Assembly (NCBI GenBank): GCA_002269645.1
Contig: NIVC01000024.1
Span: 310,001-374,000, forward strand
From: Macrostomum lignano
Taxonomy: Eukaryota
Reading direction: 5' to 3'
DNA: 64,000 nucleotides
The first letter of the stretch is position 1, and every line of letters starts with the position of its first letter. Made by a program: the position numbers and the translations under genes. Shown here in pieces: positions 1 to 12,485 of this stretch. The notes below the pieces were generated by a model. That model saw only the letters and a program-made list of their open reading frames with translations. It searched no databases and had not been told where the DNA came from.

Positions 1-60
1 CTGACAGCTGACGGAATATATTCTATACGAGTGGACCTCCTATGGAGGAGAAAGGGGAAG

Positions 61-590
61 AACTCCCGTCGCCGGAATTCCATCTTCCTCTCTGCTCTCT
101 CCTCACTCTTCCCATCTTCCTCTCTCCTATCCTCTATTTCCTCTCATTTCTTTTCTCTTCTCATCTTATCTATCATCTCGTCTTCTCTTTTTTCCTCTCG
201 TCCCTTGATTCTCTCTCCTCACTACTTTCTCCTCTCTACTCGTTCCTCTATTCTCTCCTCTCATCCCTCTCCTCTCTACTCTCTCATCTCTACCCTCTCC
301 CCTCTTCTTTCCTTTCTGCTCTCATTTCTTATATCTCCCATATTTGCCCTACCCTCTCCTTTCTCATCTCTCATTTTTCCTCTCCCCTCTCTTCTCTCTC
401 ATCTCTTCTTTCTCCTGTTTCCTCTCACTTCTCTCCTCTTTCCTCTCTGGTCTCTCATCTTTCCTCTCTCTTCTCTCTCCTTTCTTCCCTCTCCTATTCT
501 CTATTCTCTCCCTCTTCATTCCTGCCTCACTCCCCTACTCTCTCCCTTCTGTCATTTCTATCATCTCTCCTCTCTACTCTCTTTTCTGAC
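61..590. repeat. Imperfect CT-rich low-complexity tract
   Basis: Irregular (CTCT/CTCCT/CTTCT)n. The S/L/P-rich ORFs here are compositional artefacts. Confidence 0.9.
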
Positions 591-1012
591 TGACTGAAGG
601 CGCCGATAATAAGACCGCTTCTTGGCTGCCGATGCAGCATGTCTAGAACGAGAAATATTTGCGCGTTTCGGCATTTTTGATTAATAAAATTTAAAAACGC
701 TAATAGATAATAAGCAAAAGAAAGCAAACTGCTGTGGGTCGAGTTATTTTATTTTTTAAATCGTATGATATTCTATTGAATCAGCCAGACTTTTGATTTT
801 GAGTAAAGACTCCTCTTCTGCCTTTTTAGGGATCTTAAAATGTGAAAATTAAAAATAAAATAGCCTTTAGCCTTTTCCGGAAAATTTGCAGTTTTTTCAT
901 CTAATTTTTAACGCTGATTTGCAAGTAGCCTAGGAGAAAAGTTGCAACACACAGACAAACAAACATCGCTAGATTTTTTGTATATTTACAAGCTAGATTA
1001 GATTACCTACAA

Positions 1013-1143
1013 TAGATGGGCCACTCCAGCCGCCTGGCGGCAGCGCGAAAACCCAGGGGATTTTGGCCATAGACTGTAGCTTCTGCAACATTAGCAGAAG
1101 CTAGTGTCTGTGGCCCTAACCCCTCGGCTTTTGGGGCCATCTA
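1013..1143. mobile_element. Short near-palindromic MITE-like element / hairpin
   Basis: Ends TAGATGGGCC...GGGCCATCTA are inverted. The core GGCCATAGACTGTAGCTTCTGC-AACATTA-GCAGAAGCTAGTGTCTGTGGCC forms a 22-bp stem with one 2x2 mismatch. No clear TSD. Confidence 0.45.
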
Positions 1144-1149
1144 GGTAAT

Positions 1150-1560
1150 ATAGAATATATATTTTTGGAGACAGTGCTGTCTTTAAAAGTCACCATTTTT
1201 TAACAGTTGAATGGAACACACTCAGACTGTAAATCTGATCGCCTGCAGGAATCAAGGAAGCATTGGGAGATTGCTTCTGGCAGCTGCTATACACCGTGGC
1301 AGTTGCGCAAACACAATCATTGGCATAGCTTTTGTTCTCCCATCCACTGGACCCCAAGGTAAAGAAACCAAGCTTTAACCCGTGGGGTGCGCCCAGCCCC
1401 CGCCAATAGTTTTGGCAGGTTCACAGAGGACGCATTGGCGACCCTCATCTGGTCAGTATCTAGGACGAAGGTGCAAAGATCACAGATGTTGTCCAGGGTA
1501 GTCAGTATGCACCGTGGTCTCCTCTCCTATGCCACAGAAGACAGGTAGGAGGGTTGATGC
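1150..1560 (-). mobile_element. Possible heavily decayed non-LTR RT remnant
   Basis: Across frameshifts the minus strand gives DY..DNIC, GLKL, FTLGS and QIYSLSV..W, loosely resembling the YADD, FxYLGS and post-RT motifs of RTE elements. Weak. Confidence 0.3.
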
Positions 1561-3593
1561 TTGCTAGGATGGTGTTTGCTATGCACCATCAAGGACCCAA
1601 GTGGTGTTGCAGCTATTATTGGGCATTAAGCAGTTCTAGAATACCAAAGCGTATGAAAACTACCAAAGTAGAAGTTTGTTTTCTTTTTGAAAATGCTTCA
1701 ATCTACTTGGAGTATAAATCAACAACAATAAGGATATCGCCAGCTCCTAAAACAAAGGCTCAGTCCATGTGGAGTTTCTAAAATAGTGCATTTGAGGTGG
1801 TCCATTTGTCTCTTAGAGTGGGTTATTAATCAAATTGGAATAAAAATTCAATTTTTTTGTAAAGAAGTCCATTTTTTATAGTAAGCTTATCAGAAACTTT
1901 TGTGAAGAATTGTTTAGCTTGAGAAAATGAGTTCTAGTTATGAGACCAAACTATTTTCATGATGGGTTCAACAAATTTAGTATATATAATAATAATAATA
2001 AACATGGAAGTATTGCTACATTGGGTTTATATTAGTAACAAAAAATTGTATCATGAAAGCCTTTTTATAATTTTTTTTAATAATAAAACTAGACACTATA
2101 CTTTTTGTTAGGCCTAACTGTCTAATATTTTACTATATATAGTCCCTATGTCAAATACTATAATATATATTAATTAGGGTCTAACTAAGCTAGCATTTTA
2201 AGCCATTTGAGTCCTTGGTCAATAGGTCAAGTTTTGTTTGAAAGGCCAAACAAATAATTTGAGTGAAGGTAAAGCTAAGTTTGCTTAATAATTTCATAGA
2301 CCATTTTTAACTAAAAAATCATTTAAAAAGTATTAAATTTAAAGAAGAAACCATATTATTTTTATTCTATGTGACTATATGCCTATGGATAATTTCACAC
2401 ATTTTTGAATAGAGCAATTTTAAAGTCATTTTCTACTTTAAAGTGTCATAATATGCTAAAGACAATATTTTATTTTCATTATACATGTAGTTAAAGATTA
2501 TTAATACCAATACAATATGAAATTAGATCATTCCATGTGAGTGACCATGTTTTCTATAATTCCTATCAATTTAAAGTCAAAATTTATTCATCTACAATAG
2601 TACTACTACTCTACTATATGCTTATTTACTGAATTACTTATGATGATAAGTACTATTTTAATTTCCACAGGTTAGGTCTACAAGCTAAATTGTAACATCA
2701 GTTTATTCGGTCTAGCTGAAGACGACATACCTACCTTTCAAAATGCTATTAATAGAAACAATTTTTGCTCTTCAGCAGGTGCTTCGAAGAAAAACGTATT
2801 TTTAAGTTTTTAGATAACTAAAAAAACTTTCGATACATAAATGTATCGAAATGTAAGTTTTTTTAAACTTACAGTTTTATATTTTAAAAAAGGTTTTGTG
2901 ATTAAAAATTAGCAAAATATATAAATTATTAAAGTAATATATACATAATATTTTGTTGAAATGTTGAAATTAGTTGAAATAATTTTAACTCCGGTGAGGT
3001 TAAACCGTTGGCTAAACGCGCTGCAGGAAATACTTCTACCTTACTACCTTTCCACTAAAATTAAAAAAATACAAAATATAGTAGAAAGTAAATGTAGAAG
3101 GTAAAAGCTATTATGAAGCATAAAAAAGTTAACGTTGTGCCTTCAGAAATCTGTACCTTATCATACATACGCGACTACACAAGGACGACTTAAGTGGGAC
3201 ACGACACTCGTATTTTTCTGAAAATCGTCCAGAGAAAATGCAGCTGTTTGTTTCTAATCTTTGATTAAGAAAAATGTGTATCTAGTTTGCTAAAGTAGGA
3301 AATTGCGAGAATTTGACTTTGATTCGCACCTACAAATCATGTCTTGACAGCTTACATGTATTATAAAGCAATTTTTGCAATGCACTGGTAAGTGGTAACA
3401 TACATGTGCTTTATAAAAACGAATATTTAGCTTGTAAAAATTTTGATGCTAGAAATACTACCGAAAAAGTTGTAACGGTAACGAAATTCGTGTATTTATT
3501 TAGGCTTTAAAAAACAAAAACGACAAAGTTCTTTAAAAGTACATTTAAACGAAGCTTTCAATGCCAAAACAGTTATAATTACTGCTTTTAATA

Positions 3594-3599
3594 TTTATT
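3594..3599 (-). terminator. Candidate polyadenylation signal AATAAA of MRPS27
   Basis: TTTATT on + strand about 90 nt past the stop codon at 3687. Confidence 0.45.
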
Positions 3600-3686
3600 A
3601 AAATGCCAAAAACTCATCAAACTTACGGCAGCACTAATACAAAAAGCTTTTCATACAACAGCTTTTTAACAACTGGAACTGAATCG

Positions 3687-6600
3687 TCACTCTTTTAATG
3701 GTCGGAATTTCTCCTTGGTGATGGTCGACCGTCTCAGCAAAGCGGCAGCGGTCGCCTGCTGCCTGCCGCCACCGCGCGCGGCAGCTTCGCTGGCCTCGTC
3801 CAACAGTCGGTCGGCGTTAGCGATATCTGCGCGCCAGATTTGTGCCGAGGTGACGCGCGATTCGGCGCGAGTTCTCGGCGCCAGCCAGGCAGCGTAGCGA
3901 ATTTCGGCCGCGCGATCGAATGCGGTTAGCGATTCCTGGGGATTTGGGAATGTTTGGGGCGAGTGTGACAGCAAATCGTTATTTTAGAAAGGTACTAGTC
4001 TAATGATCGATCTAATGACTAGAGAGGGGTGTCAGATCCCAAGATTAAATAGAGGGGTGTCAGATCCTATGACTAGAGAGGTGTCAGATCCTATGACCAG
4101 AGGGGTGTCAGATCCTATGACTAGAGAGGTGTCAGATCCTATGACTAGAGAGAGGGATGTTAGATCCTATGACTAGAGAGAGGGATGTTAGATCCTATGA
4201 CTAGAGAGGTGTCAGATCCTATGACTAGAGAGGTGTCAGATCCTATGACTAGAGGGGTGTCAGATGGTATGAGTAGAGAGGGGTGTCAGATCCCAAGACT
4301 AAATAGAGGGGTGTCAGATCCTATGACTAGAGAGGTGTCAGCCTGATAAAGAAAGAAGAAAATCCCAAACTGCTGACCTGTTCCCCAACCAGATCGTCCA
4401 ACCGCGACTTCACATCTCGAAACAGTCGCCGCTTGCGAAGCCAGTCGCCGTGGCTGCGCAGTTCGGCCAGGCGCACCCGAGCAAACTCGGCGTACAGGGC
4501 GGCCAGGCGGGAGGCAGATTTCGCTTCGTGCTCGGCCACCAGGCGGTGAGCCACTGCGAACAGCTCTGCGTGCCAGGACTCCTCAGCTGATGGCGCCTGC
4601 GCCTGGGTTGGAGTGGGAGAATGCGCGGGTTTTCTTCTCAGTAAGCTATGGGGGTCTGGGAGGCTGGCTGGCCCAGCAACTGAGGATCTGGGAGGCTAGA
4701 CTAGTAGTAACTGAGGATCTGGGAGGCTGGCCCAACAACTGAGGATCTGGGAGGCTGGCACAGCAACTGAGGATCTGGGAGGCTAGACTAGTAGTAACTG
4801 AGGATCTGGAGGCTGGTCCAGCAACTGAGGATCTGGGAGGCTGGCTGGTCCAGCAACTGAGGATCTGGGAGGCTAGACTAGTAGTAACTGAGGATCTGGG
4901 AGGCAGGTCCAGCAACTGAGGATCTGGGAGGCTGGTCCAGCAAATGAGGATCTGAGAGGCTGGCTGGTCCAGCAACTGAGGATCTGGGAGGCTGATGGTC
5001 CAGCAACTGAGGATCTGGGAGGCTGAGGTCCGAATGCAGATCCTTGGTCATACCTTGGGCAGCGCCTTTACAGCCGCCCTGGCCTCTTCAATAGCTTCCG
5101 GCCGGCACCGAGGCCGCTTGCCAGGCTCGTTAACTTTGCCGTTGCCTAGGCAACGCGCCGACCCTAGCAACGAGTCGACAACCAGCAGCGTGGACTCGGA
5201 CACTGCTGGCAGCTGCTGCTGTCGCAGGACGCTCAACAGCTCGTCCGGTTTCTCCCAGGCAGCCAGGCCGATAAGCAGACAGGCCAGCCCGGCCGGCTGT
5301 CCGGGCCATTCGGCCAGCAGACGTCGGCCAACTCTGGCCAGAGTGAGCCCGACCTGAAGCCGTTCCTCTTCTATGTCGAAATAATTGTCGTAGTTCGGCC
5401 GGCGAATGTAGTCCACGATCACGTGCTGCGTGTCCGGACTGTCATCGTCTTCATCGTCTTCTTCGGCGGCTTCTTCGCCGTCGGCATTGGCGTCGGCACT
5501 GACGGCTGTCGTCCACTCGGACAGTTGGTTGGCGGCTCGACTGATCGAAGCCAGCAGCATCAGGCCGGTGCACGGCCAGCCGTCCGAGGGCAGGTCCTGG
5601 AAGAGGAGAAGGCGGAGAGCCCAGTGTTTGAGAAATTCCCCTCTGAGCCTACTTGACTACTGTAGAAATTCCCCTCTAAGCCTACTTGACTACTGTAGAA
5701 ATTCCCCTCTGAGCCTACTTGACTACTGTAGAAATTCCCATCTGAGCCTACTTGCCTACTGTAGAAATTCCCCTCTGAGCCTACTTGACTACTGGAGAAA
5801 TTCCCCTCTGAGCCTACTTGATTACAGGAGAAATTCCCCTTCTGAGCCTACTTGACTACTGTAGAAATTCCCCTCCAAGCCAACTTGACTACTGTAGAAA
5901 TTCCCCTCTGAGATTTCTCGACTACTGTAGAAATTCCCCTCTGAGCCTTGACTACTGTAGAAATTCCCCTTCTGAGCCTACTTGACTACTGTAGAAATTC
6001 CCCTCCAAGCCAACTTGACAACTGTAGAAATTCCCCTCTGAGATTTCTCGACTACTGTAGAAATTCCCCTCTGAGCCTTGACTACTGTAGAAATTCCCCT
6101 CTGAGATTTCTCGACTACTGTAGAAATTCCCCTCTGAGCCTTGACTACTGGAGAAATTCCCCTTCTGAGCCTACATAACAATCTGAGCAATTCCCTCATG
6201 CAGAATTACCTGCAGAGCGTGATCAAAAGCCACGAGAGCAGCCAGTCTCGCATCGCCAGCCTCGTACAGGTGATCAATAAGCAGGCTGGCCGAAAACTGG
6301 TCCAAGAAGATGCCATACGTGAATTTATCGCGAAGCCAGTCAACCAATAGCTCAGCCTGGCCAAGCGAGATCATACACCTGACCAGGGCGTGATCGGTCG
6401 ACTCCAACTTTCCTAGCGACTCTTGTGTCACCCGAAATTTAGCCAACACATTGGAAAAATAGGGCAAATAGGACAGCTCAAAAGAATCTAGTTTATTAGC
6501 ATAGATGTCGACATCAACTGGGGCGACTGGTTCTCGCCTATCCAGAGCGCGCAGCAGCCCGTTGCCAAGATCCAGGCCGGACACCGCGTCGTGCGCCGAT

Positions 6601-6941
6601 AATCGCGATTGCCACGCGTCCGGACAGGAGAAACTGGCGCTCAGTATGCTGCGCCTGCTCAGTGCCTGTTTATTAAGGAAGACAATAAAATGTTGATATT
6701 GCTACTGCAATAAGTAGACTAATAGGCGAATAAGAGAAATGAAAAAAACATTGTAAATCAATTTAAATGCTGATATCCTACTGCAAGAAAAAAACAAGGG
6801 CTAAGCATATTTTTTAAATCAAATAAATACAAGAATCAATGCACGAAATACCTGAAAAGTCGATGGCACTGGCAGCAGTTGGTGTCCATGTTTTAGCCAG
6901 CCAAAATGCTTGGCAAAGCCATTATTGGCTAGGCGCAACAT
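3687..6941 (-). CDS. MRPS27: Mitochondrial ribosomal protein S27 (PPR-like), 5 exons, about 520 aa
   Basis: Exons 6941-6852, 6665-6210, 5596-5054, 4602-4378 and 3935-3687, all joined by phase-0 GT-AG introns. The N-terminus MLRLANNGFAKHFGWLKH resembles a mitochondrial presequence. Motifs RSILSASFSCPDAWQSRL, VDVDIYAN, DKFTYGIFLDQFSASLLIDHL and VIVDYIRRPNYDNYFDI match the MRPS27 family pattern (human RYLLSSAY..W, YGIFPDNFTFNLLMD). Confidence 0.88.
4020..4340. repeat. Minisatellite, about 24-bp unit GACTAGAGAGGTGTCAGATCCTAT, in MRPS27 intron 4
   Basis: Direct tandem repeats with length variants. Confidence 0.95.
4650..5025. repeat. Minisatellite, 28-bp unit GGATCTGGGAGGCTGGTCCAGCAACTGA, in MRPS27 intron 3
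   Basis: Tandem repeats. Near-identical unit to the array at 50570-51345. Confidence 0.95.
5625..6175. repeat. Minisatellite, 33-bp unit GAAATTCCCCTCTGAGCCTACTTGACTACTGTA, in MRPS27 intron 2
   Basis: Tandem repeats (11-aa periodicity RNSPLSLLDYC in the ORF track). Confidence 0.95.
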
Positions 6942-9186
6942 TTGCAAATTTCAACAATAGCAGCAGTGATGGACAGTGTAATTGTTTTACACTGAAATGA
7001 CGTAAGTTTAATAGGTTTTTTATCATCATTTTTACCATTCCTACAAAAGCATTTTTGGAAATTTTAACCATTTTAAGGTTAATATTTATCTAAATTATAA
7101 TAAGAAATTGAAAATAAAGACAGGAAATTATTGCTATGAAGTCTAATAACAATGTGTTAAAGCATAACCAACCTATTGGATAGCAACTGTTAGAAATTGA
7201 CAGACATACCTTAACTATGTTAACTATATGTATGATAATTTAAAATCCAAAATTTATTTTAGTTTTTTTCTTGTTTATTGCATATGATTTCTTAGATTAT
7301 TAGACTATGTTGAGCAAAAGGATACCAGGATCATTGGTGACTCTTTCAAGGTTCCATATAGCCTTAGGACTTATAGAGCTACTAGTGGTCTTGAGTTTTG
7401 TCTTCTATAACTATAGAAGACAATGCTATTTCTTTTCTATCCTTTCCCATTTTTATATTTGTAGCCATGGAGCACAATGGATATTGTTGGTCTGACCATT
7501 CCTATAGTGAGTTGCATATGCTAATAGGATATTAATTCAGCTTCCTAATTATCAATCAAACCTTAAAAGTGCTCTAGTTTCTTTAGTTAACTAGCTTATG
7601 ATAATAACACTAAGTAGACACTTCAAACTAATCATTTTCTTGACAACTAAAGAAAGCCAATAGTACCTCTTAGAAGAGCATATCCAAGAATAGATAAGCT
7701 GCAATGCTATAATACCATGCTTGAATCCTTTCTTAGATGAAAAAGGCAAAGTAGTCTTTTTTCTCAATGGTATCTCTAATGCAGCAGGCATTTAACAATA
7801 TATATGTCTAGCAAACATCTTGCCTTTTATCTTGGCAGGTTTTCTAGTTTGACTAAACTTTGTTTATATTGTAATAAAGGCATGCAATGTCTTAACTAAT
7901 GTATTTTTTTCTAGAAAAGTTGCTTGCTTAGTAGATATAAGCTTCCATGTTACAATTGTTTCAACTTGTGTTGTAAATTAGCTAAAATTAAATTTAATAA
8001 AAACTAATGTATAGATTATAGCAGTCAGATAAAACAATTTAAATACGATAGGGAAAATTACTTTCTTATTTAGTCCAGGAAGTTTATATTTCTAACAATA
8101 TTTAATAACATATTATCATAGGATCCAACTGAATGAAGGAATTCAATATTTCTATTAATTTAGCATAAGGTATTATTGTATCAAATAGCCATAGTAAATA
8201 TATTTCAACCAGTAAAGTATTAGAATTTATATACTTTAAAACTCTTATTGTAATATATATAAACTATATTCCAATAGCTGAGATAGCTAGTCTTTAAGAC
8301 CTAAAGAAATATTTCTTATACTAGGCAAAAAAGCAAATCATTATATTCTAGACCTATTCTTTTCCAGAACTTCAAAAGTGTCAATGTATTGAGATAAAGG
8401 GATGAAAATTAAAGTAAGCAATGTGAATATTGATAGAGAACTATAAACAAGTTTTTCATTTAGGAAGGCAAAGGCCAATTGGTAAGTTTATTTATTTGAT
8501 CAATTTTAGTCAACTGTTTTTATCAATTTGATGTATACCAAGCATGCTAAAATTTGACATGCCAAAAAAAATGATAGTGTCATATTGATAGTGATTCTGA
8601 TATACAGTTATTATTATAGTCTAGCTTGAGACAAGCATTTTATTAGCATATTAGGCCTATAATTAAGTGCTCAAATAGACTTAAATGAACCTTTATAATA
8701 CTAGGGAGCATTTAGCATGCCAAACAAATGCCATGCTGCAATGTAAAGCTGTAACTATAATTACAAGATGATTGGCTTGATTCTACTTTTTATCTTAGTG
8801 CTAATGTTAATGTATTCTAAGAAAAGAAAGTTTTAAAAATCATTCAATGTGTTTTACAAAAAAATAAGTTTTAACTTAAACTTTTTATTAGACTATAAAT
8901 ACTATAAGTATAGGCCTAACCATGTCCACAATGACAACTACAACCACAATATTAAACTTTAAAATTCAAAGTTTTGATGCATGCCAATCATTCATGCCAT
9001 ATTTTACTATTGTCTTAAGCACGCTAATTGTGTCATATTTTTTATCATTGCTTCAAGTTTAAGCATGCCAAATAAGCATGCCAAAAAATCTGGTGTACCA
9101 TTATCAGAATTTTCTGGTGTATCTGCCACCTTCTTGACTATGGAATATAACCAAATGTCACCAAAGTAACCTGTCACCAAACTGAC

Positions 9187-9440
9187 CATACATGCGCAAC
9201 CCCCCTGATTTACACTGGCCATGCGACTTACTTTTTGACCAAAAATGCAACTTACCCGTGAAAGAAACCCTAAAGCAAAATTAACGTAAACGGCAGGAGT
9301 AACTATGATTGTCTTATCAGGCCTAAATGCCTCGGCATCTAATTAGTACTACATCCGTATTCTTTGGGGTGGCATTTTTGCGACTTACCCTTGGTCCATA
9401 ATTTACGGTGGCCAGATCGGCCAGCAGTTGCGCATGTATG
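9187..9440 (-). mobile_element. hAT-type MITE, 254 bp
   Basis: 14-bp TIR CATACATGCGCAAC...GTTGCGCATGTATG and a perfect 8-bp TSD AAACTGAC (9179-9186, 9441-9448). An 8-bp TSD with CA termini is characteristic of hAT. Confidence 0.88.
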
Positions 9441-9451
9441 AAACTGACTAT

Positions 9452-11136
9452 GGGTAATTCCACGAGATGACGGTCGTTGGGTTGGAGCAAATAATAATCA
9501 GTAATCATACAAAAGACAAACTAAATTGAGACTTTGTGAGTTCTATATTTATGGGCGTGACCTCTAGATTGAGATGAGATACATTTTAAAGCCATTTGTC
9601 TTACTGTGTTGATTTAGCAGAGAGAAACTTTCGATGACGGTCGTTTTTGGTGAAAGTTTATGTATCCAACTTTATAACTTAAGTTTAAGATTCCTGCGAA
9701 TCAGGCAAGTTTTTGTCTCAATTGATCATTAATTGTAGTAAACAATAGCTAGATGAATGGTTACAAACAATTATTACATTTTAGTAGACAACTTTAACTG
9801 TGTTGCACATTTTTTCTTAAATGACGGTCGTTGACTGACGGTCGTTTGTTTCAAAAAACGACCTTCAGTTTTAAAAAGTGTATTAGGATGCTCTATTTTT
9901 AGATACAATCTTGGTTAAAAGATTGTTTATAATCCATAGTTGTTCATATAAAAACTATAACTTGCTTGTCTAACCATAAAATTTATTATACCTGTTTCAC
10001 ATTTCAGATCAAACGTACTTATGCACCTTCAACAAAAACATCACTTCATGATTGCACAACTCAACATATGATCATAAAGATGGACAGTCCTAATCTATTC
10101 AAGAATTCAAAGAATAGAATATAACGATTAACAAAACCAAAGGCAAATACAGATTATTTGTTAGGCAATAAGCAGTAGCACCAATGGATAGTAAAAACTT
10201 GAGTCTAGTTAGACTACTTATACTGAAGATTGGGGCATGTGTTAAGGTGCATTGCAAACTAAAGTGGAGAGTTCTAGGTGCATGGTTAGTAATTGGAACA
10301 ACCTTTTTAAAAGTGCAGGTTGAAAATGATTTTAAGGTATCAAACAAGTAATTGACAGTATACATTTTTAATAAAAGACTTGAATTCCACTATATTTTTC
10401 TTTACAATCAAAACTGTAAAAACTTTGAAAGAGAAATTGAATAAGTAATTCACATTAAAAAAAGACATGATTTTAGAATATCAGTAAATTCAGTTTTTTG
10501 TATAAAATTTAGGAATAAATTATAGTAATTCAGGTTTTATAAAGATCAACAAATTTCAGAATACTAGAAAATGATGGTCATTAGGTAACTTTGCAGGGTT
10601 TTTTTAGCATGATACACTTATCATAAACTAACAAAAATGACTATAAACTTAAATATAGGCTCAGAAAATATTTAAGCAAAAAATTATCAACTTATAAACC
10701 TCTTGAAAATTAGTACAACAACTTTTTGTAAAAAAATGATGGTCGTTTTTAACACTTAAAAAAGGGAAGTCAAACTTTTTAAAATAAAAAATTATGATAG
10801 ATAGAACTATATTAGATCATAAAACTTTATAATTTCAGTCTTTAGATATAAGAAAGAAAGATTTTTATTATTTATGCACTTGATGCATTATGTTTATTAA
10901 CTTTTTTTCTTATTGAAAACTAGATTAAACTTTTTATAATGTCCCGCGGGACATTTAAAATCTTGCAAGGGTACCATGATCAAAACAAAATATATATACC
11001 TAGAGGTAGATAAATGTGTATGAAACTACATAAAAATGAAACTATACATAATTATATGCAAAATGAAATATTCACATTTGCAAATAATTTTTAAAAAAAT
11101 TTCTATACCTTTGATGACCCTATCATGGAATAACCC
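9452..11136. mobile_element. Non-autonomous DNA transposon, Sola2-like
   Basis: Termini GGGTAATTCCACG...CATGGAATAACCC and a 4-bp TSD CTAT (9448-9451, 11137-11140). Internal motif ATGAYGGTCRTT recurs at about 9468, 9633, 9820, 9835, 10572 and 10737. An 18-bp perfect palindrome AATGTCCCGCGGGACATT lies at 10938-10955. GRG termini with a 4-bp TSD fit Sola2, but the superfamily call is inference. Confidence 0.6.
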
Positions 11137-11571
11137 CTATCACCAAAGTGATTTGTTTCCTATTTTTGATTGCTAGAAAAAGTTGTTTTATCTAGGGCCT
11201 ACCAGCAGATAAAAAGGTAGCAGACAAAAACACTATACAAAATGGAGCTTTATCCTTGATTTGAAGGCATCAAAAATTGTAAACATAAATAACATTAATT
11301 GGCCCATTGTCATTTTCTATTGACAATGTAAACCAGTTTTATTTTTGAATAACTTAATAATATTAAACTAGATATATAACATCAAAATATGATGTCAGCT
11401 TTTATAGAACTCCTCTTATCAAAGCATCTTGAAAGCAAGATTATTGATTTGGCAAATTGAACTCTTTGGAAATGGTAGATTGGTAGGCCTAGTTATCAAA
11501 ATTTCTAGTTAGGCCTGCCTGGCCTGCACTCTGACTTCACTCTACTCCACTGGGTGCTAGGTCGCCCTTAA

Positions 11572-12485
11572 AGGTATCTAGTCAATCTGGCAACAAGACA
11601 ATCCAACAATAGACAATCTAGCGACAGTCAATTCGGCGACAGATGATCCAACAACAGATATTAAATCAATGTATAACAGCATATATATGGATTAGTTGAG
11701 CTATTATTTTCAGCTCTTTATTATTACCTATTAATACTTGAATAATTAAATAACAATTACATAAACTATAATTGTTGCAGTTATATTTTTATAGCTGTAC
11801 GTAGCTGTTGACTTTCAATATGTTATTTTAAAGACAATCAATCAATTTAATCTGCTTGGAAAGCAAGTTTCTATGACTATCAGACTATGATCAATATTGT
11901 TGTATATATTGTATTTGCGACAATATTCGAGAGTCAAAGAACCAAAAAAATTGCTATTCGCACAGCAACTTGTACGTGTTATTTTTGGGCCTTTTCATAT
12001 TACCAATTCCAGAACCAGAATCGGTTCGGAATTCCAAGAAAAACAGCAGTATAACTATTAAACTCTGTTAATATTTGACTACCTCAACAACCTAACTTAG
12101 CACAATTTTTCACTTTCTTCTTGACGATTGTCAATCAATAATAAAAACTTTATAGCACGTATCTCCCTCTAGTTATGGAGACAAAAAGTTATACTTCACA
12201 AATTAGTTCTGGTTCTGGAACCAGAGCAAGCAATATGAAAAGGCCCTTTAACACGTACACGTAACCTGCATTTAACGTAACAAATACTGCATGGATAATA
12301 TTAGTATATGTAATAATAATATAATAATAATAATAGTATTAATAAAAATAATAAAAAGCTACAAATAATAGCTTAACTAATCCATATATATCATGATATA
12401 CGTTGATTTAATATCTGTCGCCAGATCGTCTGTCGCCGGATTGACTATCGCCGGATCGTCTTGTCGCCGGACTGTCTGGAAGCCC
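11572..12485. mobile_element. Inverted-repeat element with about 100-bp arms built of about 14-bp subrepeats, plus an inner inverted pair
   Basis: Left arm about 11573-11685 aligns with the reverse complement of 12395-12485 (subrepeat GACRATCCGGCGAC, then AGATATTAAATCAAYGTATA). Inner pair TGTACGTGTTA..GGGCCTTTTCATATT at 11971-12001 and about 12232-12259. No TSD found. Confidence 0.65.

Noticed and set aside
10920-10955. Helitron-like 3' end on the minus strand (palindrome, 14 nt, then CTAG|T)
   Set aside because: It lies inside an element already bounded by TIRs and a 4-bp TSD, and no matching 5' TC end was found. It remains a possible nested fragment.
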